From Candidatus Pacearchaeota archaeon (lineage in GTDB: Archaea; Nanobdellota; Nanobdellia; Pacearchaeales; GW2011-AR1): a DNA stretch of 64,000 nt. Location of the stretch: contig JAFCGC010000001.1 of assembly GCA_017608305.1 (NCBI GenBank), forward strand, positions 38,744 to 102,743. The letters are read 5' to 3'. Below the pieces are notes generated by a model that did no database searches, had not been told where the DNA came from, and was given only the letters and a program-made list of their open reading frames with translations. Of this stretch, positions 20,927 to 31,008 are shown piece after piece (positions within the stretch are counted from its first letter, which is position 1; every line of letters starts with the position of its first letter). A program made the translations under genes and the position numbers.

Positions 20927-21928
20927 ATGATTGATCTAAAAAAAGAGTATAAAGACAAAAAAGTTCTAATTATCGGAGGATTAGGATTTATTGGGGGGAA
21001 TCTTGCAGAAAAACTAGTTGATCTTGAAGCAAGAGTAAGTGTAATGGATTCTTCATTAAAAAGATATGGTGCAAACCAATTTAATGTGCTTGAATTTAGA
21101 AATAAAATTGATATTGATTTTGGAGATACAAGAAACATATATGATGTTCAAAGAAATATATTAGATAAAGAAGTTATTTTTAATTTGTCTGGGCAAATTG
21201 ATCATAATTACAGTATGAAAGATCCCTCTTTAGATATAGATCTTAATTGTAAGGGACATATTAATGTATTACAAGAATGCAAAGAACATAATCCTAATTG
21301 TAGATTAATTTTTCCTGGGTCAAGAATGCAATATGGTAAAATAGCGGACCATGATCTCCCTGTTAATGAAAACCACCCTCTTAATCCCTTAAGCATTTAT
21401 GCAATAAATAAAACAGCAGGGGAAGGATATTATAAGGCCTATCATTTACAGCATAATCTAGACACTGCTGTAGTAAGGATTTCTAATCCATATGGCCCAA
21501 AGGCCCAAATAAAACATCCGGGATATTGTATTGTAAATTGGTTTATTAGACAATCCTTAGAAAGAAAAGATTTAACAATATTTGGGAATGGAACTCAATT
21601 AAGAGATTACATATTTATTGATGATTTAATAGAAGCCTTAATGGTTGTGGGAATACACCCTAATGCAAAGGGACAAATATTTAATATAGGTTCTGGTAAA
21701 GGGGCTGCTTTTGGAGATATGGCAAAAAAAATAGTGGAAATAACCGGATCTGGAAAAGTAAAAAATATGCCCTGGCCTAAAGAATACGAAAATGTAGAAA
21801 CTGGAAACCATTATTCTGATATATCAAAAATAGGTGATCATTTAGGATGGAGGCCAAAAATTGGTCTTGAAGAAGGAATTAAAAAAACAGTAGAATTTTA
21901 TAAAGAACATTTAGATAAATATATATAA
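20927..21928 (+). CDS. NAD-dependent nucleotide-sugar epimerase/dehydratase (extended SDR)
   Basis: 'VLIIGGLGFIGGNL' and 'YAINKTAGE' (YxxxK) motifs. Confidence 0.7.
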   Translation: MIDLKKEYKDKKVLIIGGLGFIGGNLAEKLVDLEARVSVMDSSLKRYGANQFNVLEFRNKIDIDFGDTRNIYDVQRNILDKEVIFNLSGQIDHNYSMKDPSLDIDLNCKGHINVLQECKEHNPNCRLIFPGSRMQYGKIADHDLPVNENHPLNPLSIYAINKTAGEGYYKAYHLQHNLDTAVVRISNPYGPKAQIKHPGYCIVNWFIRQSLERKDLTIFGNGTQLRDYIFIDDLIEALMVVGIHPNAKGQIFNIGSGKGAAFGDMAKKIVEITGSGKVKNMPWPKEYENVETGNHYSDISKIGDHLGWRPKIGLEEGIKKTVEFYKEHLDKYI

Positions 21929-21930
21929 AA

Positions 21931-22386
21931 ATGATACAAGATGTTCAAATAAAAAAAATAATAAAACATTGTGATGATAGGGGTTCTCTTGCTGAAATTT
22001 TGAAAAAAAGTGATACTTTTTTCAAAAAAATAAAACAAACTACTTATACTGAAAGTTATCCCGAGGTAATTAAAGCATTTCATTATCATAAAAAACAAGA
22101 TGATATTTGGTTTGTTGCAAAAGGAATGGCACAAATAGTTCTATATGATTTACGAAAAAGATCTAAAACAAAAGGGGAGACTCAAGTAATATATGCTGGA
22201 GAAGAAAATCCTGTTTTAGTTTTTATTCCGAGAGGTGTTGCGCATGGGTATAGAGTATTAGGAAATCAAAAAGTCTGTTTATTTTACCACACAACAGAAG
22301 AATATAATTCTAAAAAACCTGATGAGTTCAGGATTCCATATGACGACGAAGAAATTGGTTTTAATTGGACTACTCAAAATAAATAA
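21931..22386 (+). CDS. RmlC-like cupin (dTDP-4-dehydrorhamnose 3,5-epimerase or sugar 3,4-ketoisomerase-like)
   Basis: 'AFHYHKKQ' matches the RmlC 'RGLHYQ' region. 'FIPRGVAHGY'. Confidence 0.55.
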   Translation: MIQDVQIKKIIKHCDDRGSLAEILKKSDTFFKKIKQTTYTESYPEVIKAFHYHKKQDDIWFVAKGMAQIVLYDLRKRSKTKGETQVIYAGEENPVLVFIPRGVAHGYRVLGNQKVCLFYHTTEEYNSKKPDEFRIPYDDEEIGFNWTTQNK

Positions 22387-22439
22387 GAAGCCATTTAATA
22401 AAGAATATAAATTGGAATACATAGTAAAAAACATTAAAA

Positions 22440-23300
22440 ATGCTCTTAAAAAAGAAACTATACTCGCTTGTTCCTAAAAAACATAGAAGAAAAATTAAAT
22501 TTATTTATTATGGAAAAATTCTACATTTCTTATATAATTTAAAACACCAATTTTACTATAACCAAAAAGATTTTTTTGACGTTATTGCTTTAGAAACAAC
22601 AACATATTGTAATTTGCGTTGCAAATTTTGTCCAAATAGTATTTATGATCGAGGAATATTAAAAAATAAAAAATTAATGGACATTAAAATATTTAAAAAA
22701 ATTATAGATGAATTGTCTGAAATAAATTATCGTGGAAGGGTTTTGCTCTTTTCTTATGGAGAACCCTTAACTGATACTAGGCTTCCAGATTTAATCTCTT
22801 ATTGTAAACAAAAACTATCTAAAGCAAAAGTAGAAATAAATTCAAATGGAATTCTGTTGACAGTTCAAAAATATAAAACTCTTATTGATAGGGAGATAGA
22901 TAAAGTATGTATCACCCAATATGGGAAACAAATGCCTCCAAATACAAAAAAAGTGTTTGAATATCTTAAAACTAGACCTAAAAAAGAAAATAAAATTCAT
23001 TATAGGGTTTTAAATGAAATGGAGCTTTCTAATCGTGGTGGAGAAATTGAACTAAACTCTTCTGTTAACGACGAAGTTCCCATCTGCCTATATCCTACGC
23101 AAGCTTTAACAATAGATTATGCTGGAAATTTGATTTTGTGTTGTAATGACTACCATAGCTCTGCAAAATTTGGAAATCTTAAGAATAAAAAATTATTAGA
23201 AATTCTGGGAAAGTCAAATTATAAAAAGATACTAAAAAGAATAAAAAAAGGAATATATGATTTAGAAATTTGTAAAAAATGTGTTGGAATTAAAAGATAA
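22440..23300 (+). CDS. Radical SAM protein with C-terminal Cys-rich (SPASM/twitch-like) region
   Basis: 'TTTYCNLRCKFCPNS'. C-terminal 'LCCNDY...CKKCVG'. Confidence 0.65.
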   Translation: MLLKKKLYSLVPKKHRRKIKFIYYGKILHFLYNLKHQFYYNQKDFFDVIALETTTYCNLRCKFCPNSIYDRGILKNKKLMDIKIFKKIIDELSEINYRGRVLLFSYGEPLTDTRLPDLISYCKQKLSKAKVEINSNGILLTVQKYKTLIDREIDKVCITQYGKQMPPNTKKVFEYLKTRPKKENKIHYRVLNEMELSNRGGEIELNSSVNDEVPICLYPTQALTIDYAGNLILCCNDYHSSAKFGNLKNKKLLEILGKSNYKKILKRIKKGIYDLEICKKCVGIKR

Positions 23301-23301
23301 G

Positions 23302-24813
23302 CTAATGTTTTTTTCTTTTTATTAAAATTTTAATGAGTTCTAAGTCTTCTTTTGTAATTGCCTTAAGAAAAAACATTGAAAGGAGATAAATAGAAGCACC
23401 AAAAAAGATGATCAAGGCTCCTGAAATTAGACTTAATTCATTAATTAATCTTAAAACAAGAGTTAATATGCCCCACATTATTATGCTTGATATTATTGGT
23501 TTTATAGTTGGTTTTAATGAAATTTTCATTTTAAATCTTCTTTTTGAAATTAAAAGGGCTGCAAAGAAATAAAATGTCCAACTCAAAAATGTTGCCATTC
23601 CTACTCCTATCATCGCCCATGAAGGAGATATTAATAATAAAAACTTGATAAAAATCAAATTGAGTAAGATATTTAACCCAACAGAAATTATTATTAATTT
23701 GGCAAATATTTTTGGTTTTTCTTTTGCAGAAAAAAAGGAAAGAAAAATACCTACAAAAACTATTGGGAAAATTAAAAATGCTAAAACATACAAGGGACAT
23801 GCTGATAAAAGGTAATCTTCCCCAAAAAGAAGCTTAATAAAATATCTTGCAAAAAGAATTAATCCAAATGAGCAAGGAAAACTCAACATTGCTACGTATT
23901 TTACTGCCCGATTTATAATTTTTTCTGAAACAAAATTATCTATTTTAGTGAAAACAGGCAAAAGAATTGCATTTGGAAATGAAGCAATAGTTGTTAATCC
24001 AAGAATAATTGAAAAAGCTGCTTGATAATACCCTACATATACTGTTGGAAGAAATAATCCCAACATAATTGAATCAATATAAGAGAAAAAAACTGCCGAA
24101 ACACTTGCAATAGTTATAAATTTGATAAAAGTTTTTATTTTTCTCTTATCTATCTTTTCTTTCGCTTTGTGATATATCTCAGGAATTAATTTTTTTAAAG
24201 AAAAAAGAACCCAAATAAGTACAATAAAATGAATAAAAGCTAATAAAAGAAAAATGGCAGTAATTTGATAAACTGAGGATACAAAATAAAAAATTAAAAG
24301 AACTAATCCCACTCTTAAAACTTGTGTTAAAAATTGTCTATAGCCCATATATTTTGCTTTTTCAATAGAATAAAACACTTGGGCATGAAACATATCAAAG
24401 GAAATTGCAACAACAAAAATTGGAGCAATTAAAAAAGGTAGAAAAAGGATAGGATTATCATAGAAATAAAACGCAAGAGGATATGCTAATAAAATTAAGA
24501 TAAAGAAAACAGAAAGAGTTAAAATTATTTTTATTTTAAGCAAATATTTATAATAAGAAGAAATTTTATTTTTATTTTTTTCTACAGCCTCAGACAAATA
24601 TCTTACTAAAGTGGAGCTTATTCCTAAATCAGCAAAAATAAAAAAAATCATAATTGTTGAAAAAACAATTGTATACATTCCATAACCTTCTGGCATTAAG
24701 AATCTCGCTAAAATTATTGTGAATGCTAGTCCCCCAAATCTATTTATTACTGTTGCAAATAAATTCCAAAAAGAATTTTTAACTAGCCTCTCTTTAAGAT
24801 TTATATTTTTCAT
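23302..24813 (-). CDS. Oligosaccharide/polysaccharide flippase (Wzx, MOP superfamily)
   Basis: 503 aa with about 12-14 TM segments. Glycan-locus context. Confidence 0.6.
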   Translation of the reverse strand: MKNINLKERLVKNSFWNLFATVINRFGGLAFTIILARFLMPEGYGMYTIVFSTIMIFFIFADLGISSTLVRYLSEAVEKNKNKISSYYKYLLKIKIILTLSVFFILILLAYPLAFYFYDNPILFLPFLIAPIFVVAISFDMFHAQVFYSIEKAKYMGYRQFLTQVLRVGLVLLIFYFVSSVYQITAIFLLLAFIHFIVLIWVLFSLKKLIPEIYHKAKEKIDKRKIKTFIKFITIASVSAVFFSYIDSIMLGLFLPTVYVGYYQAAFSIILGLTTIASFPNAILLPVFTKIDNFVSEKIINRAVKYVAMLSFPCSFGLILFARYFIKLLFGEDYLLSACPLYVLAFLIFPIVFVGIFLSFFSAKEKPKIFAKLIIISVGLNILLNLIFIKFLLLISPSWAMIGVGMATFLSWTFYFFAALLISKRRFKMKISLKPTIKPIISSIIMWGILTLVLRLINELSLISGALIIFFGASIYLLSMFFLKAITKEDLELIKILIKRKKH

Positions 24814-24925
24814 TGGATTAGGAGAATAGGGTGGTTTAAAAAGTATATCTACAAAAAGTATGGGTTGGAAAAGAGATAAAAATAAAAAGGTTTTTTGTGA
24901 AGTAAAAGAGAAATTTAGATAAAAA

Positions 24926-25606
24926 ATGAATACAAATATAAAAATTGATTTTTTCCTTAATCATCAAATAGGATTATTTGTCTTGGATGAGCTCTCTATT
25001 CAAAATACTTCAAATTTAATTACATATGATGAGAAAATTGCTAAAAAAGCAAAGGAAAGGGGTTTTGATCCTTTAAGAGGACATGATAAAATTAAGAATT
25101 TTGGGAATATAGGGTTTTCAATTCATTATGAAAAAATTTTTAATCCAGAATTTATTGAAAAATACGATAGGCTCTATAATCTACATCCAGGGTATTTGCC
25201 TTGGGGAAGAGGGAGACATCCTACTTTTTGGGCATTATGGCACCATGAACCAGCAGGAGCAACAATCCATGAAATTACAAAAGGGTTAGATAAAGGACCA
25301 ATTGTGATGCAAGAATTAGTAAATAAAACAAGTAATGAAACAGGATATGAAATTTTTCAAAAAGTAAAAAAGGCAGAACAAAGAATTTTTAAAAAATGTT
25401 TAGATTCAATCTTAAAAGGAATAAATCTTCCTACAACCCTTCAACATTATGTTGGAAGTTATCATAAAAAATGCCAAATTCACGAATTAAAAAACAAAGA
25501 ATTTTGGTCAAAACTTTCTAAAGAAGAAGTAACAAGATTATATCGTTGTTTAGATTTTCCAGGTTATAGTAATTTAGAAGATTGGGTAAAAGAGGATAAA
25601 AAATGA
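24926..25606 (+). CDS. Formyltransferase-domain protein (sugar N-formyltransferase candidate)
   Basis: 'YNLHPGYLPWGRGRHP' resembles the Fmt/PurN 'HPSLLPxxRG' motif. Confidence 0.55.
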   Translation: MNTNIKIDFFLNHQIGLFVLDELSIQNTSNLITYDEKIAKKAKERGFDPLRGHDKIKNFGNIGFSIHYEKIFNPEFIEKYDRLYNLHPGYLPWGRGRHPTFWALWHHEPAGATIHEITKGLDKGPIVMQELVNKTSNETGYEIFQKVKKAEQRIFKKCLDSILKGINLPTTLQHYVGSYHKKCQIHELKNKEFWSKLSKEEVTRLYRCLDFPGYSNLEDWVKEDKK

Positions 25607-26004
25607 TGGATTTAATAGAACAATATAAAGAATTAACAGAGAAATGTTATCCTGCTCCTCCTAAAAGTTTTTTTAGTGAAATAAAATCAATTGTTCAAAA
25701 ATATCCTCACAGATTAGAACACATCATGGAAGAGGATAAAATGATTGGGGGGTGTTTTGTTTTGGAATTGGGAAAGAATATTTATGGGATTTCTGGAGTA
25801 GTTATTGATCCAAAATATCAAGGAAAAGGTTATGGGAAAAAACTTATGGAAAAAATTCACAAAGAGGATAGGGGAATATTCATATTAAAATGTAACCAGA
25901 ATATTAAAGAGTTTTATTTAAAAATAGGTTATAAGGTTATTAAACAAAAGGGAGGAAAAAATTACATGGTGTACATAAATAACAGTGAGGTTATTGATTT
26001 TTAG
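25603..26004 (+). CDS. GNAT family N-acetyltransferase
   Basis: 'VIDPKYQGKGYGKKLMEKI' acetyl-CoA binding motif. Confidence 0.6.
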   Translation: MMDLIEQYKELTEKCYPAPPKSFFSEIKSIVQKYPHRLEHIMEEDKMIGGCFVLELGKNIYGISGVVIDPKYQGKGYGKKLMEKIHKEDRGIFILKCNQNIKEFYLKIGYKVIKQKGGKNYMVYINNSEVIDF

Positions 26005-26839
26005 AATGACTTCCCCTTTAGTTTCAATAATCCTTCCTACATATAACGGAGAAGAATTTGTAGAAGAGTGTTTAAATTCAATTAAAAAACAGACATTTAA
26101 AGATTATGAGTTAATCATAATAGATGATTGTAGTCAAGATAATACTGTTAAAATTCTAGAAAAAAGAAGATACAAAGTTAGAAAAAATAAAGAAAATCTT
26201 GGTGCAGTAAAAACTTTTAACAAAGGGATAAAATTAGCTAAAGGAGATTTTATATTTCCCATTGATCAAGATATGGATTATGATAAAAATTGTATAGAAG
26301 AATGCTTAAATGCTATTAAATCAGATAAAAAAGCAGGAATGTCTGGGATTAAGTGTTATTATTATAAACAAAAAAATAAAATTAGGTCATTTGGGCTTAA
26401 AGTAAATCTTTTAACAAGTAAAACAACAAATATTGGAAGAGATGAAATCGATAGAGGACAATTTGATCATTTAAGAGAAAGAAACTCTATTGGATTAGGT
26501 CTTGGTTTAATAAGAAAAGAAGTTTTTGAAAAAGCGGGGTTGTTTTCTGAAGATTATCATATGTATTATTGTGATGTTGATTTTTCATTAAAAGTAGGTA
26601 GAGCAAAATACAAAATAATGTTTTCAAAGGCTAAAGCTTGGCACAAAAAACAAGAAAAAGAAAAACTTAGTAAAAAACAGTTTATTACATTTGTCCAAGA
26701 TAAAATAACTTTTATGAAAAAAAATTCTAATTTCTATGTATTATTTTTATTAGGTTTGTTGTGTTTCTATCTTCCTTTTAAAATCCTAAGGGGAAATTTC
26801 TCAATTAAATTTTTAAGAGATATTTTGGAGAAAATTTGA
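25985..26839 (+). CDS. Family 2 glycosyltransferase
   Basis: 'VSIILPTYNGEEFVEECLNSIKKQTFKDYELIIIDDCSQDNT'. Confidence 0.75.
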   Translation: MRLLIFRMTSPLVSIILPTYNGEEFVEECLNSIKKQTFKDYELIIIDDCSQDNTVKILEKRRYKVRKNKENLGAVKTFNKGIKLAKGDFIFPIDQDMDYDKNCIEECLNAIKSDKKAGMSGIKCYYYKQKNKIRSFGLKVNLLTSKTTNIGRDEIDRGQFDHLRERNSIGLGLGLIRKEVFEKAGLFSEDYHMYYCDVDFSLKVGRAKYKIMFSKAKAWHKKQEKEKLSKKQFITFVQDKITFMKKNSNFYVLFLLGLLCFYLPFKILRGNFSIKFLRDILEKI

Positions 26840-26891
26840 ATCCCATATTTTAAAACATATAAATATTTTTAAAATCCCAATATCTAAAAAA

Positions 26892-28280
26892 GTGATGAGT
26901 AAAAAGAGAATAATTAATCTTTTTTGGCCTGCTATTCCTAATAAAGAGGCTCTTATGCCTCAAATAGAAGAGTTAATCTGGCCAAAAAATGGTAAAAGGC
27001 CTTTTATTGGGGAAGGGCATTTAGTTGATAAATTTGAAGAAGAATGTGAAAAAAGATTTGGATTTGATTATGCTTTATTCACAAATTCTGGAACTTCTGC
27101 TTTTAATCTTGCATTACTTGGAGCAGGCATTAATGCAGGAGATGAGGTAATTACTACTCCCCTAACATGTACAGCTACAAATCTTCCTATTTTAGGGCGG
27201 CAAGCAAAGCCTGTTTTTGCAGATGTACAATATGAAACAGGAAATATTGATCCTAAAGATATTGAACATAGAATAACAGATAAAACCAAAGCAATAGTTG
27301 TTGTTCACTGGGGAGGATATCCTTGTGAGATGGATGAAATAAATGAAATAGCAAACAGACATAGTCTTTCTGTAATTGCGGATGGGGCCCATGCACTAGG
27401 AGCAATGTATCATGGAAAACCTATCTCTAAATCTGCAGATTTTACTATGATTTCTTTGCAAGCTATAAAGCACATGAATACATTAGATGGAGGATTATTA
27501 ACTATTCCATTTAAAAATTCCAAAAAAAGTTTAGTGGATTTATGCCAAAATCAAGATACTAGAAAAAAACTTAGGAAATTTTTTGGAGAAAAAATTAATT
27601 CTTATTTTGATGGAAATCCAAAATACACAAATATTCCAGAAGACTATTTTGTGGAAGAAATATATGAAAAATTAAAAGAAAAAGAGTCTTTGGAAGAGAA
27701 TATAAGAAAAGAGTTAATAGAGAATAAAGAGGAATTTGAAAAGTTTTGGAAAGATTGGCAAAAAGCAGAATCATTAAAAAGAACCAGGTGGTTTGGAATT
27801 GGTAGAGATGAGCGGGCCCCTGATCCTGGTTTAGGATATTTTGCTTATCCTATAATTGAGGTTGGGGGAAAATTCCATGCACACAATATTAGTGCGGCAA
27901 TAGGTTTAGCATCACTTGAGAAGATAGACGAATGGCAAGAAAAAAGAGATAAAATTGTTGAATTATATAATAAAGAGTTAGTAGGAGTTAAAGGAGTTAG
28001 TTTATTCGAACAAAAAAATGACAGAAAAAGTGGAAATTGGCTTTACAATATACATGTAGAAAAAAGGCCTGAATTTGTAAAAACGATGTTGCAAAGGGGA
28101 GTTGAATGTTCTATTGTACATGAAAGAAACGATCTTCTTCCTATTTTTAGAAATTTTGGAAAAGGCCCTTATAAGAATTTAGATAGAATAAATGAAGATA
28201 GAATTTGTATTCCTCTCCACCAGAACATGGACTATGAAGATGCAGAATATGTTATTAATTCTATCAAAAAAGGGTGGTAA
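26892..28280 (+). CDS. DegT/DnrJ/EryC1/StrS-family PLP-dependent sugar aminotransferase carrying a ~90-aa internal insertion
   Basis: 'FTNSGTSAFNLALLGAGINAGDEVITTPLTCTATN' and 'AIKHMNTLDGG'. 462 aa against a typical ~370 aa. Confidence 0.65.
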   Translation: MMSKKRIINLFWPAIPNKEALMPQIEELIWPKNGKRPFIGEGHLVDKFEEECEKRFGFDYALFTNSGTSAFNLALLGAGINAGDEVITTPLTCTATNLPILGRQAKPVFADVQYETGNIDPKDIEHRITDKTKAIVVVHWGGYPCEMDEINEIANRHSLSVIADGAHALGAMYHGKPISKSADFTMISLQAIKHMNTLDGGLLTIPFKNSKKSLVDLCQNQDTRKKLRKFFGEKINSYFDGNPKYTNIPEDYFVEEIYEKLKEKESLEENIRKELIENKEEFEKFWKDWQKAESLKRTRWFGIGRDERAPDPGLGYFAYPIIEVGGKFHAHNISAAIGLASLEKIDEWQEKRDKIVELYNKELVGVKGVSLFEQKNDRKSGNWLYNIHVEKRPEFVKTMLQRGVECSIVHERNDLLPIFRNFGKGPYKNLDRINEDRICIPLHQNMDYEDAEYVINSIKKGW

Positions 28281-28282
28281 AA

Positions 28283-28696
28283 TCACCATTGCTTATTTCT
28301 AAAAACAATTATCTTTGTGCTAAGAAAATTCATGAATACAATTATTGGTTGAACAATTAAATTAGATATAATTGGGTTTAAGTCAAGAGATTCCACTAAA
28401 AAAGCTATTGAAAACATTGCGAAAGTGAAAGATATCCCATACACTAAAAAATATTGGGGGATTGTAACGAGATTTCTTCTTTTTGATCTAAAAGTATATA
28501 CTTTATTGAGTGCAAACCCTGCGATAACCCCAGATATAAAACTTATTGCTGCTGAAATCAGATAATTAATTGAAAAAAAGTAAAATAAAACAAAAAAGAC
28601 AATATATGCAAAGATAGTTATCAAAATTCCAACACCACAAAATCTTAAAAACTGTTTACTTACTTCTCTTTTAATTATATTCTGAAAAAACCCCAT
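28283..28696 (-). CDS. GtrA-family small membrane protein
   Basis: 'FLRFCGVGILITIFAYIVFF...' with 4 TM segments, about 137 aa. Confidence 0.6.
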   Translation of the reverse strand: MGFFQNIIKREVSKQFLRFCGVGILITIFAYIVFFVLFYFFSINYLISAAISFISGVIAGFALNKVYTFRSKRRNLVTIPQYFLVYGISFTFAMFSIAFLVESLDLNPIISNLIVQPIIVFMNFLSTKIIVFRNKQW

Positions 28697-28804
28697 TTAC
28701 TAATAATCTTCGATATCCTTATAAAGATATTGTAAGATAAATGATTTTTTATATGATTATGAAATGCATAAATCTTTTTAAAATTAAGAGAAGATGTCAA
28801 AAGA

Positions 28805-29743
28805 ATGAGTAAAAAGAGAAAAAAGGTAATAATTACAGGAGCTACAGGATTAGTTGGACTAAATCTTTTAACATTACTTGATTTTCAAAAATATGACATA
28901 ATAGCCATAAGTAAAGAAAAAACTAAAGAAAACTTACTCAAACAAATAAATTCTAAAATAAAGTTTGTTTGTGCAGACCTTTCTGTTTATGATGAAAAAT
29001 GGGTTGATTTTTTTAAAAGGGCTGACTGTGTTATACAATTACAAGCGCAAATTTCTGCGCCTGAAAAAGGACCTTATATTAAAAATAACATACTTTCTGT
29101 AAAAAATGTGGTTTTGGCTTGTGAAAAATACAAAATCAAACATCTTATTCATGTAAGTTCTTCTGTAGTTATTTCGATTGCAAAAGATAATTATACAAAT
29201 ACTAAGAAAACAGGAGAAAATTTAGTTGCCAAAAGCAATCTTCCTTACACTATTTTAAGACCTCCTTTAATGTATGGTCCTTTCAATACAAAACATCTTG
29301 AATTTATTATAAGAAAGTTTGATAAATTTCCTGTGGTCTTGTTCCCGGGAGATGGAAAATATCTAAGACAACCCTTGTATGTTGCAGATTTTGCTAAAAT
29401 TATTATTAAATTACTATCTAAAAAACCCAGGAGAAAAATATATGGGATAATAGGAAAAGAAAAGATCTATTTTATAGAACTAATAAAAATTATTTTTAGG
29501 GAGAAGAAACAGAAAAAAATTTTTGTAAAAATACCAATTTTTTTATTTATTTTTCTTCTTAAAATCTATGGTTTATTGACAGGAAAAAAGCCTTTTATAC
29601 CTGATCAATTGGATGCATTAACAGCAGGGGATCTTTTTCCTGTAACAAATTGGGAAAAAGAATTTGGAATTAAATATACTTCTTTTAGAGAAGGTATCAA
29701 AAAATCACTTGAATCAAAATATTGTACTATAAAAAACCAATAA
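28805..29743 (+). CDS. NAD-dependent epimerase/dehydratase (SDR)
   Basis: 'VIITGATGLVGLNL'. About 312 aa. Confidence 0.6.
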   Translation: MSKKRKKVIITGATGLVGLNLLTLLDFQKYDIIAISKEKTKENLLKQINSKIKFVCADLSVYDEKWVDFFKRADCVIQLQAQISAPEKGPYIKNNILSVKNVVLACEKYKIKHLIHVSSSVVISIAKDNYTNTKKTGENLVAKSNLPYTILRPPLMYGPFNTKHLEFIIRKFDKFPVVLFPGDGKYLRQPLYVADFAKIIIKLLSKKPRRKIYGIIGKEKIYFIELIKIIFREKKQKKIFVKIPIFLFIFLLKIYGLLTGKKPFIPDQLDALTAGDLFPVTNWEKEFGIKYTSFREGIKKSLESKYCTIKNQ

Positions 29744-31008
29744 AAATGAGGAAAAGAGTTCTTATTCTAGGGGCAGGGCTTTCTGGACTTGTTGCAGGGG
29801 AAATTTTATCAAAAAATTTTGAAGTTAAAATATTTGAAAAAGAATCTTTTTTAGGAGGTCTCGCAGCAAGCTTTGAACATGATGGGAAAAAAATACCAAG
29901 ATTTTATCACCACATAATAAAAAAGAACAAATATACCCAAGATTACTTTAAAAGATTTGGGGGAAAAGAAAAACTAAAGTGGAAAAAAATCAAAGTTGCA
30001 ATAGGAGTAAATGAAAAAGTTTCAATTATTAATTCTTTTTTAGGCCCTTTAAATTTTGATTATCTTAATTTCTATGAAAAAATTAGATTTGGATTATTTG
30101 GAATTTATTCATTATTGTTTATGAAACCTTATAAAATTCCAGAAGAAATGAATGCTGAAACTTGGTTAAAAAAATATGTTGGAAAGAATGTTACTCAAAA
30201 AGTTTTTTTTCATTTATACTCTAGAAACAAGTTTGGTATTCCTCTTAATAAAATTTCCGCAAAACAATTTGCTTATAGATTATCTGAAAAAGAAATTCAA
30301 GATAAATTTACTTTTCCAAAACAAGGATATCAATGTGTAATTGATGGGCTTGAAAAAGCAATAAAAAACAATAAAGGGATTATTAAGAAGGAAGCAAAAA
30401 TAAAAGAGATAAATGTAAAGAAAAAATATGTGATTGAATCAGGTAAAAAAATAAAATATGATATTTTAATCAATACTATTCCTTTTGAAATTTTTATAAA
30501 TTTATCAAAAGGTTTGCCTTCTGATTTGGAAAAGAATTTATCTAAAATAAAATATTGTCCTGGAGTCGGTTTTTGTTTTGGGTCTGAGAATTTCTTAAAA
30601 AAAGGTATTTATTGGACTAACATATTGAACGAGAGAGTCCATATAGTAATGCAACATTCTGATATTTGTGATGTTTATAGGGATAAAATAAATTGGTGTT
30701 TAAGATATGGGGAAAGTGAAGAAGATTTCAAGTTGGATGATGAAGATATCCAGAGAGAATATCTAAAAGTCATTAAAAAATATTTTCCAAAGGCAAAAAT
30801 TAAGTGGATAAAAGTCTTTAAAACAAAATATGGAGAACCAATATATGATATTGATTATCCAAAATATATGCCTAATTACAAATCTCCTGTTGAGGGATTG
30901 TATTTTGCTGGAATTCAACTAACATATCCAAAAATAAGAAACATGGATGTAGCATTAGAATCTGGCATTAAAGTTGCTAGAACAATTTTAAAGGATTTTC
31001 TTAAATAA
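29722..31008 (+). CDS. FAD/NAD(P)-binding oxidoreductase (amine-oxidase/UDP-galactopyranose-mutase-like Rossmann)
   Basis: 'RVLILGAGLSGLVAGEIL...FEKESFLGG' dinucleotide-binding motif. Confidence 0.45.
   Translation: MYYKKPIKMRKRVLILGAGLSGLVAGEILSKNFEVKIFEKESFLGGLAASFEHDGKKIPRFYHHIIKKNKYTQDYFKRFGGKEKLKWKKIKVAIGVNEKVSIINSFLGPLNFDYLNFYEKIRFGLFGIYSLLFMKPYKIPEEMNAETWLKKYVGKNVTQKVFFHLYSRNKFGIPLNKISAKQFAYRLSEKEIQDKFTFPKQGYQCVIDGLEKAIKNNKGIIKKEAKIKEINVKKKYVIESGKKIKYDILINTIPFEIFINLSKGLPSDLEKNLSKIKYCPGVGFCFGSENFLKKGIYWTNILNERVHIVMQHSDICDVYRDKINWCLRYGESEEDFKLDDEDIQREYLKVIKKYFPKAKIKWIKVFKTKYGEPIYDIDYPKYMPNYKSPVEGLYFAGIQLTYPKIRNMDVALESGIKVARTILKDFLK

Noticed and set aside
21931-22386. HppE-like epoxidase (cupin) that would complete a fosfomycin pathway
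   Set aside because: The protein matches the RmlC-like sugar epimerase pattern 'HYH...IPRGVAHGY'. It lacks an HTH N-domain and lies 4 kb from the phosphonate genes, so there is no evidence for an epoxidase.
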